Below are positions 1 to 10,853 of a DNA stretch of 64,000 nt, piece after piece (position 1 is the stretch's first letter; every line of letters begins with the position of its first letter). The position numbers and the translations under genes were made by a program. Below the pieces are notes generated by a model. That model worked only from the letters and a program-made list of their open reading frames with translations, did not search any database and had not been told where the DNA came from. This stretch comes from Escherichia coli (GTDB taxonomy: Bacteria; Pseudomonadota; Gammaproteobacteria; Enterobacterales; Enterobacteriaceae). The DNA lies in assembly GCF_001677475.2 (NCBI RefSeq), contig NZ_CP015229.1; one strand, given 5' to 3'.

Positions 1-456
1 CCGGCGCTGGTAGCTCATGCGGGCGTGCTGTTATTTGCCGCCGGGATCGTGGTCTCCAGCGTCAGCCGTCAGGAGATCAGCCTGAATTTACAGCCGGGTC
101 AGCAGGTGACGCTGGCAGGATACACCTTCCGTTTTGAGCGCCTCGATCTACAAGCCAAAGGTAATTACACCAGCGAAAAAGCGATAGTGGCGTTATTTGA
201 CCATCAGCAACGCATTGGTGAACTGACACCGGAGCGGCGTTTTTACGAAGCACGTCGTCAGCAAATGATGGAGCCGTCAATTCGCTGGAACGGCATCCAT
301 GACTGGTATGCGGTCATGGGTGAAAAAACCGGAGCGGATCGTTACGCTTTTCGTTTGTATGTACAAAGCGGTGTGCGCTGGATCTGGGGGGGAGGATTGT
401 TGATGATTGCGGGCGCATTGTTAAGCGGATGGCGGGGGAGGAAGCGCGATGAATAA
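1..456 (+). CDS. nrfE: Cytochrome c-type biogenesis protein NrfE (CcmF-like), C-terminal part; 5' end lies upstream of the window
   Basis: Open frame runs from the window edge to a TAA at 454-456; hydrophobic C-terminus; position immediately upstream of nrfF/nrfG as in the E. coli nrf operon. Confidence 0.8.
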   Translation, partial: PALVAHAGVLLFAAGIVVSSVSRQEISLNLQPGQQVTLAGYTFRFERLDLQAKGNYTSEKAIVALFDHQQRIGELTPERRFYEARRQQMMEPSIRWNGIHDWYAVMGEKTGADRYAFRLYVQSGVRWIWGGGLLMIAGALLSGWRGRKRDE

Positions 457-832
457 AGGACTTCTCACGCTACTGCTGTTATTTACCTGTTTTGCGCGCG
501 CTCAGGTTGTAGACACCTGGCAATTCGCCAATCCGCAACAACAGCAACAGGCGTTAAATATTGCCAGCCAGTTACGTTGTCCGCAGTGCCAAAATCAGAA
601 CTTACTGGAATCCAACGCGCCGGTGGCAGTCAGTATGCGCCATCAGGTTTACAGCATGGTGGCGGAGGGGAAGAACGAAGTCGAAATCATTGGCTGGATG
701 ACCGAACGCTACGGAGATTTTGTTCGCTATAACCCACCGTTAACGGGTCAGACGCTGGTGTTGTGGGCGCTGCCTGTGGTGTTGTTACTGCTGATGGCAC
801 TGATCCTCTGGCGAGTGAGGGCGAAGCGATGA
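449..832 (+). CDS. nrfF: Formate-dependent nitrite reductase complex subunit NrfF (CcmH-like)
   Basis: 127-aa ORF with signal peptide and the CPQC motif (LRCPQCQNQ); ATG at 449 overlaps the nrfE stop. Confidence 0.9.
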   Translation: MNKGLLTLLLLFTCFARAQVVDTWQFANPQQQQQALNIASQLRCPQCQNQNLLESNAPVAVSMRHQVYSMVAEGKNEVEIIGWMTERYGDFVRYNPPLTGQTLVLWALPVVLLLLMALILWRVRAKR

Positions 833-1425
833 AACAGCCCAAAATACCGGTGAAAAAGCTGACAATACTCACGATTTTGATGGTATTTCTCTGTGTCGGC
901 AGTTATCTGTTAAGCCCAAAATGGCAGGCGGTACGTGCGGAGTATCAGCGTCAGCGCGATCCGCTACATCAGTTTGCCAGCCAGCAAACCCCGGAAGCGC
1001 AGCTTCAGGTATTGCAGGATAAAATCCGCGCTAATCCACAAAACAGCGAACAATGGGCGTTACTGGGCGAGTACTATCTGTGGCAAAACGATTACAGCAA
1101 TTCGCTGCTGGCGTACCGTCAGGCGTTGCAACTACGTGGTGAGAACGCTGAACTGTATGCGGCGCTGGCGACGGTGCTTTATTACCAGGCCAGCCAGCAT
1201 ATGACCGCCCAGACTCGCGCAATGATCGACAAAGCCCTCGCGCTGGACTCTAACGAAATCACTGCTCTGATGCTGCTGGCTTCCGATGCGTTTATGCAGG
1301 CGAATTACGCGCAAGCCATCGAACTATGGCAAAAAGTGATGGATCTCAACTCACCCCGGATCAACCGGACACAGCTGGTCGAGTCGATTAATATGGCGAA
1401 ACTGTTGCAGCGGAGATCGGATTAA
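829..1425 (+). CDS. nrfG: Formate-dependent nitrite reductase complex subunit NrfG (TPR protein)
   Basis: ATG at 829 overlaps the nrfF stop (ATGA); translation [14 protein letters not shown]... matches NrfG. The ORF-track start at 763 is an upstream in-frame extension. Confidence 0.88.
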   Translation: MKQPKIPVKKLTILTILMVFLCVGSYLLSPKWQAVRAEYQRQRDPLHQFASQQTPEAQLQVLQDKIRANPQNSEQWALLGEYYLWQNDYSNSLLAYRQALQLRGENAELYAALATVLYYQASQHMTAQTRAMIDKALALDSNEITALMLLASDAFMQANYAQAIELWQKVMDLNSPRINRTQLVESINMAKLLQRRSD

Positions 1426-1769
1426 TCATCTGGTGATGAAGATTATGTTATTGAGCTGCATAAAAAATAATCGAATGAACATATGCCAAAAATAATCACC
1501 AATCAGTATTATTGCAGATTAAACAAATAAAAATCTTTCCATAACAAATGGTTATTCATTAATCCTGCCATAAACTCGCGTTATTATGCATTAATGCAGC
1601 GAAAAGCTCTGTTGTTAAAGGGTTGCGCAACATACCGCGCAAATGATACTGATCATAAGCGTTAAAAAAATCTACAAACCAACGCAACACAATTCATGCC
1701 CTGGCAGTAGTATGTCACGTTCTCGCGTTTCTGAACGGGGAACGGCGCTCCATTGAGGAAGTCATTCAT

Positions 1770-3083
1770 ATGAAAAATATAAAATTCAGCCTGGCCTGGC
1801 AGATTCTGTTTGCTATGGTGCTGGGCATTCTCCTGGGAAGCTACCTGCACTACCATAGCGACAGCCGCGACTGGCTGGTCGTCAATTTGCTCTCTCCGGC
1901 GGGTGATATCTTCATCCATCTGATCAAAATGATTGTTGTGCCGATTGTGATCTCCACGCTGGTGGTGGGTATCGCGGGTGTGGGTGATGCCAAACAGCTC
2001 GGGCGTATTGGCGCGAAAACCATTATCTACTTCGAGGTGATCACCACCGTCGCCATCATTTTGGGGATCACTCTGGCGAACGTCTTCCAGCCCGGTGCCG
2101 GGGTGGATATGTCGCAGCTGGCGACCGTCGATATCTCGAAATATCAGAGCACTACGGAAGCGGTACAAAGCAGTTCCCACGGCATTATGGGCACGATTTT
2201 GTCGCTGGTGCCGACGAACATTGTGGCGTCGATGGCGAAAGGCGAAATGCTGCCGATCATCTTCTTCTCGGTGCTGTTTGGCCTGGGGCTTTCCTCCCTG
2301 CCCGCGACGCATCGTGAACCGCTGGTGACCGTGTTCCGCTCCATTTCTGAAACCATGTTTAAAGTGACTCACATGGTGATGCGTTATGCACCGGTGGGTG
2401 TGTTTGCGCTGATTGCGGTGACGGTGGCTAACTTTGGTTTCTCTTCTCTGTGGCCACTGGCGAAACTGGTGCTGCTGGTGCATTTCGCCATTCTGTTCTT
2501 CGCGCTGGTAGTGCTGGGAATTGTGGCGCGCCTGTGCGGGTTAAGCGTCTGGATCCTGATTCGTATTCTGAAAGATGAGCTGATTCTGGCGTACTCCACT
2601 GCCAGCTCTGAAAGCGTGTTGCCGCGAATTATTGAGAAGATGGAAGCCTACGGAGCACCGGCGTCGATCACCAGTTTCGTGGTGCCGACCGGTTACTCTT
2701 TTAACCTTGATGGTTCGACGCTGTATCAAAGTATTGCCGCTATTTTCATCGCGCAGTTGTATGGCATTGACTTGTCCATCTGGCAGGAAATCATTCTGGT
2801 GCTGACGCTGATGGTGACCTCGAAAGGGATTGCTGGCGTGCCGGGCGTGTCGTTTGTGGTGTTGCTGGCAACGCTGGGCAGCGTAGGGATCCCGCTGGAA
2901 GGTCTGGCGTTTATTGCCGGTGTTGACCGTATCCTCGATATGGCGCGTACTGCGCTGAACGTGGTGGGTAATGCGCTGGCGGTGCTGGTGATTGCCAAGT
3001 GGGAACACAAATTTGACCGTAAGAAAGCGCTGGCTTATGAGCGCGAAGTGCTGGGCAAATTTGATAAAACTGCGGATCAATAA
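1770..3083 (+). CDS. gltP: Glutamate/aspartate:proton symporter
   Basis: 437-aa polytopic membrane protein, MKNIKFSLAWQILFAMVLG..., recognisable as GltP (DAACS family). Confidence 0.93.
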   Translation: MKNIKFSLAWQILFAMVLGILLGSYLHYHSDSRDWLVVNLLSPAGDIFIHLIKMIVVPIVISTLVVGIAGVGDAKQLGRIGAKTIIYFEVITTVAIILGITLANVFQPGAGVDMSQLATVDISKYQSTTEAVQSSSHGIMGTILSLVPTNIVASMAKGEMLPIIFFSVLFGLGLSSLPATHREPLVTVFRSISETMFKVTHMVMRYAPVGVFALIAVTVANFGFSSLWPLAKLVLLVHFAILFFALVVLGIVARLCGLSVWILIRILKDELILAYSTASSESVLPRIIEKMEAYGAPASITSFVVPTGYSFNLDGSTLYQSIAAIFIAQLYGIDLSIWQEIILVLTLMVTSKGIAGVPGVSFVVLLATLGSVGIPLEGLAFIAGVDRILDMARTALNVVGNALAVLVIAKWEHKFDRKKALAYEREVLGKFDKTADQ

Positions 3084-3123
3084 TTGAAGATTGCCGGGGA
3101 TATCCACCCGGCAATGTGTGGAT

Positions 3124-3160
3124 GCCTGATGCGACGCTTAACGCGTCTTATCAGGCCTAC
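3124..3160. repeat. REP (repetitive extragenic palindrome) unit
   Basis: gcctgatgcgacgcttaacgcgtcttatcaggcctac, a canonical E. coli REP palindrome between convergent gltP and yjcO. Confidence 0.8.
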
Positions 3161-3161
3161 C

Positions 3162-3851
3162 TTAACCGTTAGTTAATTTTTCAAACTCTTCACACCCGGT
3201 ATCAAACCCTTCCATACAGCTCAGATTTAACCAGTGCAGCGCCTTTTGTTTGTTCTTCTCGATAAAACCTTCTTCACCGTTTAAGAACATCATTCCCGCC
3301 CAGTACTCGGAATAACCGGTTCGGGAAATTGCAGAGCTGCGTTTGAAATACCAGGTTGCCTTGTCATCGTCGGCCTTAATGCCCACGCCGTTGGCGTAAA
3401 TCAAACCAAGCAGCATTTGGGCATCGACGGCAGAGTCGTTCTCCAGATCTTCCGAGGCGTTTTCTAACAGCGAAATCGCCTTTGGATAATCCGGTTTACC
3501 CGCTTGAGTATTTACCAGAATATGCGCCAGCGTTACTTCACCTTCTTTACTGCCCGCTTGCGCCGCTTTCTCTGCAAGAACTTTTGCTTGTGGATAGTCC
3601 AGACTGACCGGATTGGTGATTTTGATCTGCGCCAACAGCGCGCAGGCATCAGCATCACCGCTGTCGGCGGCTTTCTGTGCCCAATATTCGGCTTTGCTCA
3701 AATCGCCGGAGCTAAACCAGCTGTCGGCAAGAAAATATTGTGCGCGTCGGTCCCCGGCCTCTGCTGCCTTTAAATACTGGCTGCCAGGCTCGGAGTCGTT
3801 CGCGTGGGCAAAGAATGTCAAAAACAACATCAATGCGATAATTTTTTTCAT
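3162..3851 (-). CDS. yjcO: Sel1-repeat (TPR-like) exported protein YjcO
   Basis: 229-aa ORF with N-terminal signal peptide and repeated Sel1-like A-x-Y/W-x-x-A-A-x-x-G motifs. Confidence 0.85.
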   Translation of the reverse strand: MKKIIALMLFLTFFAHANDSEPGSQYLKAAEAGDRRAQYFLADSWFSSGDLSKAEYWAQKAADSGDADACALLAQIKITNPVSLDYPQAKVLAEKAAQAGSKEGEVTLAHILVNTQAGKPDYPKAISLLENASEDLENDSAVDAQMLLGLIYANGVGIKADDDKATWYFKRSSAISRTGYSEYWAGMMFLNGEEGFIEKNKQKALHWLNLSCMEGFDTGCEEFEKLTNG

Positions 3852-3902
3852 TTTGATAATACGATTGGGTAGGGAGTAACCAGTATAAAGAGTTCGAATG
3901 GA

Positions 3903-3930
3903 TAAAAAAACAGCCTCCGAAAGGAGGCTG
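3903..3930 (-). terminator. Rho-independent terminator downstream of fdhF
   Basis: Stem cagcctcc/ggaggctg with GAAA loop (3911-3930), followed on the minus strand by a 7-T run (plus-strand A-run 3904-3910). Confidence 0.8.
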
Positions 3931-3944
3931 TAGAAAGGACTGTA

Positions 3945-6092
3945 TTACGCCAGTGCCGCTTCGCGCAGGCGAGTTTTCAACTTGTTGTACTCGTCAATCA
4001 CGTACTGCTCGGCGGCGCGCTGATCGGCGATCGGCTCGACGCGCACGGCGCAGTATTTGTATTCCGGCGTTTTCGTAATCGGGCTTAAGTTTTCGGTAAC
4101 CAGCTCGTTACAGGCACCAATCCACCACTGGTAGGTCATATAAATCGCCCCTTTGTTCGGACGATCGCTGACCTGCGCACGGGTGATAATTTTGCCTTTA
4201 CGCGAGTGCACCCAAACCAATGCCTCATCTTCAATACCCAGACGTTTGGCGTCTTCGGTATTGATTTGTGCGTAGCCAGGTTCATCAGCCAGCGCCGCCA
4301 GTGCCGCACAGTTACCGGTCATCGAACGGCAAGAGTAGTGACCAACTTCACGCACCGTTGACAGTACCATCGGATACTCGTCGGTGAGTTTGTCGATTGG
4401 CGCTACCCAGTCGCAGGTGAAGAACTGCGCCAGACCGTTCGGGGTATCAAACTTCTCTTTAAACAGATAAGAAGTCCCCTGATCGGCATCTGAAGTATCG
4501 CGGCAAGGCCACTGAATGAAGCCCAGTTCGCCCATTTTCTCGTAAGTCGCACCGTAGAAATCCGGGCACAGATGACGCAACTCATCCCAGATCTCCTGGG
4601 TGTTGTTGTAGTGCATCGGATAACCCATACGGGTGGCGATTTCACTGATGATTTGCCAGTCCGTTTTCAGATCCCATTTCGGTTCAACCGCTTTGAAGAA
4701 ACGCTGGAAGCCACGGTCAGCCGCAGTAAACACGCCTTCATGCTCGCCCCACGACGTTGACGGTAAAATAACATCCGCCGCCGACGCGGTTTTGGTCATA
4801 AAGATGTCCTGAACGATGACCAGTTCCAGATCTTCAAAGGCTTTACGTACTGCCGACAGCTCCGCGTCAGTTTGAAGCGGATCTTCGCCCATAATGTACG
4901 CGGCACGCACTTCACCATGCGCTGCGCGGTGCGGCAGCTCGCTGATGCGATAACCGGTATGAGCAGGCAGGCTTTCCACGCCCCAGGCTTTGGCGAATTT
5001 CTCGCGGTTAGCCGGATCTTTCACGTACTGGTATCCCGGATACGTATCCGGCAGCGCGCCCATATCGCAGGCACCCTGCACGTTGTTCTGACCACGAACC
5101 GGGTTTACACCCGCATGCGGCTTACCGAGGTTACCGGTCAGCATCGCGAGGCTGGTCAGAGAACGCACGGTTTCCACGCCCTGGTAGAACTGGGTTACAC
5201 CCATGCCCCACAGGATGGCGGCGCTTTTCGCCTGGGCATACATCCGTGCCGCCTGACGAATCTCACTGGCGCTGACGCCGGTGATATCTTCAACCGACTC
5301 CGGCGTGTAGCCTTCAACGATTTTACGATACTCTTCAAAGCCTTCTGTACGGGAAGCGACGAAAGCTTTGTCGTACAGGTTTTCTTCAATAATGACATGA
5401 CCCATCGCATTCAACAGCGCGATGTTCGAGCCGTTTTTCAGTGCAATGTGCATGTCAGCAATGCGCGCGGTTTCAATTTTGCGCGGATCGCAGACGATAA
5501 TTTTCGCCCCGTTACGTTTAGCGTTAATTACGTGGTTCGCCACGATTGGGTGGGAATCCGCCGGGTTGTACCCGAAAACGAACACTAAATCGGTATTATC
5601 AATTTCGTTAATAGCATTGCTCATTGCGCCATTACCGACCGATTGGTGCAGACCTGCAACCGATGGGCCGTGTCAGACACGAGCGCAGCAGTCAACGTTA
5701 TTGGTACCAATAACGGCGCGCGCAAATTTTTGCATTACATAGTTGGTTTCGTTACCCGTACCACGCGAGGAGCCGGTCGTCTGGATGGCATCCGGACCGT
5801 ACTTCTCTTTGATGGCGCTCAGGCGCTCGGCAACGTAATTCAGTGCCTCATCCCAGGAAACAGGTTCGAGTTTGCCGCCACGCTGGCGACGGATCATGGG
5901 GGTTTTCAGGCGCGGGGTCAGGATCTGGGTATCGTTAATGAAGTCCCAGCCATAATAACCCTTCAGACACAGGGTACCCTGGTTGGTTTTCCCCTGCGCT
6001 GCCTCCGCCCGGACGATTTTGCCGTTATCGACGACCAGGTTGATTTTGCAACCTGATGCGCAATAGGGGCAAACCGTGACGACTTTTTTCAT
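3945..6092 (-). CDS. fdhF: Formate dehydrogenase H, selenocysteine-containing molybdoenzyme (715 aa); in-frame UGA at 5673-5675 decoded as Sec
   Basis: ORF-track pieces 5673..6092 and 3945..5624 are in the same frame, separated only by TGA; read-through gives ...CCARV-U-HGPSVAGLHQSVGNGAMSNAINEIDNTDLVFVFGYNPADSHP..., the known FdhF sequence around Sec140. Confidence 0.95.
5630..5675 (-). other. Selenocysteine recoding site: UGA plus downstream SECIS hairpin in fdhF mRNA
   Basis: mRNA reads UGA-CACGGCCCAUCGGUUGCAGGUCUGCACCAAUCGGUCGGUAAUGGCG immediately 3' of the UGA, the classic fdhF SelB-binding stem-loop. Confidence 0.85.
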
Positions 6093-6142
6093 CGGTCTCG
6101 CTCCAGTTAATCAAATCACGCATACGCGCTCTCGACTACAGT

Positions 6143-6160
6143 ATGCATCTTTTATGCCAC
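6143..6160 (-). promoter_or_regulatory. Sigma-54 (-24/-12) promoter of fdhF
   Basis: Minus-strand TGGCATAAAAGATGCA fits the GG-N10-GC spacing of the TGGCAC-N5-TTGCA consensus; about 50 bp upstream of the fdhF ATG. Confidence 0.7.
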
Positions 6161-6224
6161 ATTTTATTTGGGGTCATTCCCTGATATTACGGGCACTATT
6201 TATTCAAAACTCTGACGAAAAACA

Positions 6225-6265
6225 GGCTGTCGTCAGTTTTGACGTGACGAAACGAAATACCGCGT
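6225..6265 (-). promoter_or_regulatory. Candidate FhlA upstream activating sequence for fdhF
   Basis: Palindromic cgtcagttttgacgtgacga block about 80-110 bp upstream of the sigma-54 promoter, where the fdhF UAS is known to lie; exact site boundaries not verified. Confidence 0.4.
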
Positions 6266-6289
6266 GACAGCCATCACGCGGCAGACATT

Positions 6290-7756
6290 TTATTTTTTCT
6301 CGACGACGGGACTTGCCTGATACCCGCCGCCCAGCGATTTCATCAACTGAATGCTTTGGATCACCCGGCGGCTGTCCAGCATCAGTAATGACATCTCCTC
6401 GGCAAGCACTGGCAACCGGGCTTCGGTGGCCTGTAAGCGGCTGGTTAAGCCGCGTTGATAGGCGGCCTCGGCAGCGCGCTGGGTGAAGCGCGTTGCTTCC
6501 ACGCGTTCAGCCTGCATCTCTCGCTCGTCGTTGAGCGTTTGCAGACGCGTGCCGTTGACGGCAACGTCGCGCACCGCATTCAGCACTGACTGGTTGTAAC
6601 GTTCAATCATCATGTTGCTGGCGGCGCGAGTGCCTTCGAGATTGGCATTCAACCGTCCACCGTCAAACAGCGGCAATTTCAGACCTGGGATAAAGTTGAA
6701 CTGGCGACTGGTTTTTTTGAATAAGGTATCCAGGTGGATAGAATCCAGGCCGAAAAACGCTTTGATATCAAAGCTCGGATAGAACAGCGCCCGCGCGGAA
6801 TCCACCTGATCTAATGACGCCTGAACATACCAGCGCATAGCTTGCAGATCCGGGCGTCTGGCGAGCAACTCATAAGAGAGTGTCGCCGGAATACCGGTCT
6901 GGACTTGCGGTAATGCCACCGGTTTGATCTCCGGCATATCGCTGGCTCCCGCGCCAATCAATGCACGCAGAGATTCTCGCGTTTCGGTGATTTGCCCTTT
7001 AACGGCAGCAATTTGTTTATCGACCGCCAGAATCTGTGCCCGCGCGCCGTGGAAAGGCACTTGCGCTTCCAGACCGTGCGCCACTTTACTCTGGTGCGCT
7101 TTCACCGCGTAATCAATCACATCGCGTGTTTGTTCTAACAGATCGAGCATCTGATAGCTGGCCTGCATACTGTAATAAAGCTGCGCTACGCCCGTGGTCA
7201 GCGATAGTTCTACTGCTGCGGTTTCTGCCAGCGCTGCATTATGCGCGCCAATGGCGGCGGCAACCGCTGAGCGATGCACACCCCACAAATCAAGATCCAG
7301 TCCGGCAAACAAACCGACTGTGGCTTCCGTATAGTACGGCCCGTCCATCCCCAGTGCGGGCGCATCCATCGCATAAGGGCTTAAAAAGCCGTTCGCCGAG
7401 ACACGTTGGCGGTTGAGCATCCCTAACGCTGCGACCTGTAATTGTGAACCGGCATCTAACAAATCGGCCTGCGACTGCGCTTTTTCTTCCCGCAGTTTCG
7501 CTTCGGCGAGGGTGTGTGAACCACTTAGCGTCCGTTGGATCAGTGCATCCAACTGCGGGTCATTGAGTTGTTTCCACCACTGCGCCTGCGGCCAGCCGGA
7601 GCTGGCAAGATGAATATCATCGGCCAGTTTGATTTGTTCCGGTTTGAGCTGTTGATGAGGCGCAGAATCCTTACGTACCAGGGCACAGCCGGAAATCAGC
7701 GTCGTGCTGCCGAGAATGCTGCACAACAGCAGGCGTGAAAGTTGACGATTGATCAT
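6290..7756 (-). CDS. mdtP: Outer-membrane efflux channel (TolC-like lipoprotein) MdtP
   Basis: 488-aa ORF with lipoprotein signal (LISGC), OMF-family features; overlaps mdtO by 4 bp. Confidence 0.88.
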   Translation of the reverse strand: MINRQLSRLLLCSILGSTTLISGCALVRKDSAPHQQLKPEQIKLADDIHLASSGWPQAQWWKQLNDPQLDALIQRTLSGSHTLAEAKLREEKAQSQADLLDAGSQLQVAALGMLNRQRVSANGFLSPYAMDAPALGMDGPYYTEATVGLFAGLDLDLWGVHRSAVAAAIGAHNAALAETAAVELSLTTGVAQLYYSMQASYQMLDLLEQTRDVIDYAVKAHQSKVAHGLEAQVPFHGARAQILAVDKQIAAVKGQITETRESLRALIGAGASDMPEIKPVALPQVQTGIPATLSYELLARRPDLQAMRWYVQASLDQVDSARALFYPSFDIKAFFGLDSIHLDTLFKKTSRQFNFIPGLKLPLFDGGRLNANLEGTRAASNMMIERYNQSVLNAVRDVAVNGTRLQTLNDEREMQAERVEATRFTQRAAEAAYQRGLTSRLQATEARLPVLAEEMSLLMLDSRRVIQSIQLMKSLGGGYQASPVVEKK

Positions 7757-9804
7757 TGCGTGGCTCCTTGTACCTGTTCCGTGGCGGGCGTTAATACCGG
7801 GGCTGTCCAGTCTGGCAAGCGGGCGAAAAGCTGGCAGACGTGTTGCTCCTGTTTTAATAAGGTCGGCAGGATGGCCTGCGAGGCGGGTGTTTCTTCAAGC
7901 GTTATTTGAGGAGAACGGCTGAGTGCGGTTGCCAGACCGGCGGCGTATTTCTCCAGTGCGTCGGCAAACTGACCTGCTCTGTCCGGCTGGAGCGCGTTAT
8001 CCAGCGCCTGCGCCGAGTTCCAGGTTGCATCCCAGGCGTGAAGAATATCGCGGCCCTGACGAATAACCGTTTGCGAACGTTCAATCAGTAAAGCGCGTTC
8101 TTCGCTGTCCAGTTGACGCTCCAGCGCCACGCGTTGGCACATCTCTTCACAGGCATTAAACGCCGCATGCAGACCTATACGAATTTGCAGATAAGTGCGC
8201 AGAGCCGTGACTTCCTGTTGGCGCGGGATACGCATCAGTTTGCTTAACATACCCAGCGCGCCAGCCAGTTTTTGCGGCAGTGCACGCGCTTCGCTTTCAG
8301 GCCAGACAAAGGTGTAAATCACCGCCGATACTGCCGTACCGATAAGAATGCCGATGGCACGATCGCGTATTTCCACCAGGTCGTAAAACGGACCAAAGAC
8401 GTTTTCGAGCGTGGCGAGAGCAAAGGTCACCACCATCTGCGTGCCGATATAAGAAGAACGCTCAGAGCTGGTGGCGAACCACGCACCTGCCAGGAAAATC
8501 GGTGCCAGTACGAGCAGCAATTCGACAATGTTGTCCAGCCATGGCATGACCAGTAGCGTAAACAGCAACGCCAGAATTGCACCACAAAAAGCTCCGCCAA
8601 AACGTAGCGCCATCTTCTGGTACGAAGAACCGATATTAGGGTTAGCGACGATCACGCAGGTCAGCATACAGGTGTGAATGCCTTCCCAGTCCACGCCGCT
8701 GTAGAAGGTGTAACAGATCAAACAGGCCAGCAGCGTTTTTACTGCGTAACGCATATAGTCCGGATTAGTAAAGGCATCGGCGACCATTGACGGCGGTTTG
8801 GCGGCGGGCGTTGGCGGTGTGTGCGGATCCATCTGACCAAGCTGTAACAGTGTCTGGCAGATATTCTCCAGGTTACATTCCCGTGCCGCCATCGCTTCAT
8901 CTTCACTAAGCCGCCAGTCGCTTTGCCAGCACTGCCCTTTGGCAATAGCATGTTGCAGCTTGGTGATTTCAATGGCTAATTTTTGCCGAAACTCAATGAT
9001 TACCTGCGAATCAGCAAAAGAGGTGGGATCGTAGCGATTCAGCGTCGAGTAAATGTAGGTTACCGTTGCCACGCAGCTTTGCCACCATGCGCTCTGGGCT
9101 CGCCAGTTGGCATCATCCGCGAGGCAAAAGACATTGAGTTTTTGCAGCGCCAGCGTCTCTCTTTCAATCCGCGTTTCGGGTAGCGGTGCGAGGCTGTCCG
9201 TCAGGTGGCTAATGGCATCATCAAGCCGATCATTAATCGCCTGATGCATCTGCGTAATGGCACGACTGGGAAACCACAGCACGCCGATTAACGTCATCAG
9301 CAAGGTTGGATAGAGGCCAACAACGATACACCACAGGGTTAAGCGCACGACCACTTCCGGATAGTCGAGCATGGCGGGGAAGGTTTGCCCGTAAATAGCG
9401 ACAATGGCGACGGCGAAAAAGACCAGCCCCAACCGATGGGTGCGCATCAAAAACATACAGCCCATCAGGATAGGACCTGCGATGATCAATCGGATCAACG
9501 GTTCGCCATATGACCATTTGTAGATCAAAAACAGGCTGGCGATCTCCAGCACCGTGGCGACCACAAACAAGATCGCCACAAATTTGGTGTAAAACGCGTT
9601 CGACTGAATACCGTAAAACAGCACTGCCAGTGATAACGCCACAAAAGGGATCTCAAAAGTCATCGAGATCAGAATCACCAGTAGGCAGCCTACCCAGAGT
9701 TGCACGGTCTGCGGCACACGACCTGGCCGCCGCTCGCTTAACTCTTCATGAAAGAACGCCAGCAGCCTGACCACCGGTAATGGCAGGGAGTTGAGCGCGC
9801 TCAT
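7753..9804 (-). CDS. mdtO: Efflux pump inner-membrane component MdtO (aromatic acid exporter family)
   Basis: 683-aa polytopic membrane ORF; operon context mdtN-mdtO-mdtP. Confidence 0.85.
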   Translation of the reverse strand: MSALNSLPLPVVRLLAFFHEELSERRPGRVPQTVQLWVGCLLVILISMTFEIPFVALSLAVLFYGIQSNAFYTKFVAILFVVATVLEIASLFLIYKWSYGEPLIRLIIAGPILMGCMFLMRTHRLGLVFFAVAIVAIYGQTFPAMLDYPEVVVRLTLWCIVVGLYPTLLMTLIGVLWFPSRAITQMHQAINDRLDDAISHLTDSLAPLPETRIERETLALQKLNVFCLADDANWRAQSAWWQSCVATVTYIYSTLNRYDPTSFADSQVIIEFRQKLAIEITKLQHAIAKGQCWQSDWRLSEDEAMAARECNLENICQTLLQLGQMDPHTPPTPAAKPPSMVADAFTNPDYMRYAVKTLLACLICYTFYSGVDWEGIHTCMLTCVIVANPNIGSSYQKMALRFGGAFCGAILALLFTLLVMPWLDNIVELLLVLAPIFLAGAWFATSSERSSYIGTQMVVTFALATLENVFGPFYDLVEIRDRAIGILIGTAVSAVIYTFVWPESEARALPQKLAGALGMLSKLMRIPRQQEVTALRTYLQIRIGLHAAFNACEEMCQRVALERQLDSEERALLIERSQTVIRQGRDILHAWDATWNSAQALDNALQPDRAGQFADALEKYAAGLATALSRSPQITLEETPASQAILPTLLKQEQHVCQLFARLPDWTAPVLTPATEQVQGATQ

Positions 9805-10835
9805 TATTGCGGCTCAAGATTAGCGACTGCCGACGCGCCAATACGGAACATTTCCGGGTCAGGTTTATCGACCATGATTTTGACCGGAAAACGCTGGGCA
9901 ACGCGGACCCAGTTAATAGAACGAGAAACTTTCGGCAGGCCGCCCAGCACCAGGCCGCCGTCATCCGGTAGCACGCCGTAGCCAATCGAATCCACTTTAC
10001 CTTCGAAGGTTTTGCCGCTGTCGCTCATCAGGCGAATCGTTGCGGGTGTACCTGAGCGAATATTTTTCAGATCGGTTTCGCGGAAGTTGGCGATCACGTA
10101 CCAGTGACGAGTGTCGATTAGGGTAAAAATAGGGCGCATGGCAGAAGCAAATTGCCCGACGGAGGTTTTGAGAGAAATGACCCGGCCATCAAACGGCGCG
10201 CGAACGGTCGCCATTTCCAGATGCAGTTTGGTCAGGGCAATATCCGCTTCGACCGCCGCACGTTGCGCCACCAGCGCATCGACGCCGCTGACGGCGCTGG
10301 CGGCTGACTGCGCCTGTAACAATACGGCATTAAGATCCGCTTCTGCGGCGCGCTGCGCCGTTCTTGCACGGTCAACGTCTTCCGCTGAGACAAAACCTTC
10401 TTTCAATAATGGCTCGGTGCGGCGTAATGTATCTGTGGCCTGTTTCGCGGCGGCACGGGCTTTTTCTACCGTGGCATTAACCGAGTCGGCACCAAACTGT
10501 TGCGCGTCAACGCTACGCTGGGTGAGCATAATTTGCTTATCCAGCGCCGCGAGGGAGGCTTCGGCTTTCGCCAGATTGGCTTCGTACGGGCGCGGGTCGA
10601 TGCGGAACAGTAAATCGCCCTGTTTCACTGCCTGGTTGTCGGTGACCGCCAGTTCTACAATGCGACCGCTGACTTCCGGCACCACATCAATGGTATCTGC
10701 TGACGCGTAAGCGTCATTAGTTGATGGCGCACTGTCTACGCGCCAGATAACGAAAACAAGGGCAACCAGCGCCAACGCAACCACTAACAGAGCAGGGAAT
10801 TTACTGCGAGGAGCTTTTTTCGGCGTACTTTCCAT
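9804..10835 (-). CDS. mdtN: Membrane fusion protein (HlyD family) MdtN
   Basis: 343-aa ORF, single N-terminal TM segment followed by coiled-coil and beta-barrel MFP regions. Confidence 0.88.
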   Translation of the reverse strand: MESTPKKAPRSKFPALLVVALALVALVFVIWRVDSAPSTNDAYASADTIDVVPEVSGRIVELAVTDNQAVKQGDLLFRIDPRPYEANLAKAEASLAALDKQIMLTQRSVDAQQFGADSVNATVEKARAAAKQATDTLRRTEPLLKEGFVSAEDVDRARTAQRAAEADLNAVLLQAQSAASAVSGVDALVAQRAAVEADIALTKLHLEMATVRAPFDGRVISLKTSVGQFASAMRPIFTLIDTRHWYVIANFRETDLKNIRSGTPATIRLMSDSGKTFEGKVDSIGYGVLPDDGGLVLGGLPKVSRSINWVRVAQRFPVKIMVDKPDPEMFRIGASAVANLEPQ

Positions 10836-10853
10836 GAGCGCGTCTCAAATAGA

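Noticed and set aside
1662-2483. 273-aa His/Arg-rich ORF on the minus strand
   Set aside because: Lies entirely antisense within gltP; low-complexity composition typical of a spurious frame opposite a GC-rich gene; no ribosome-binding site.
4872-5588. 238-aa plus-strand ORF
   Set aside because: Antisense to fdhF; no independent support.
3945-5624. ORF-track entry suggesting a 559-aa gene separate from the 139-aa ORF at 5673..6092
   Set aside because: Both share one frame interrupted only by the selenocysteine UGA; the methionine at 5624 is internal to FdhF.
10111-10710. 199-aa Ala/Ser-rich plus-strand ORF
   Set aside because: Antisense to mdtN; composition artefact.
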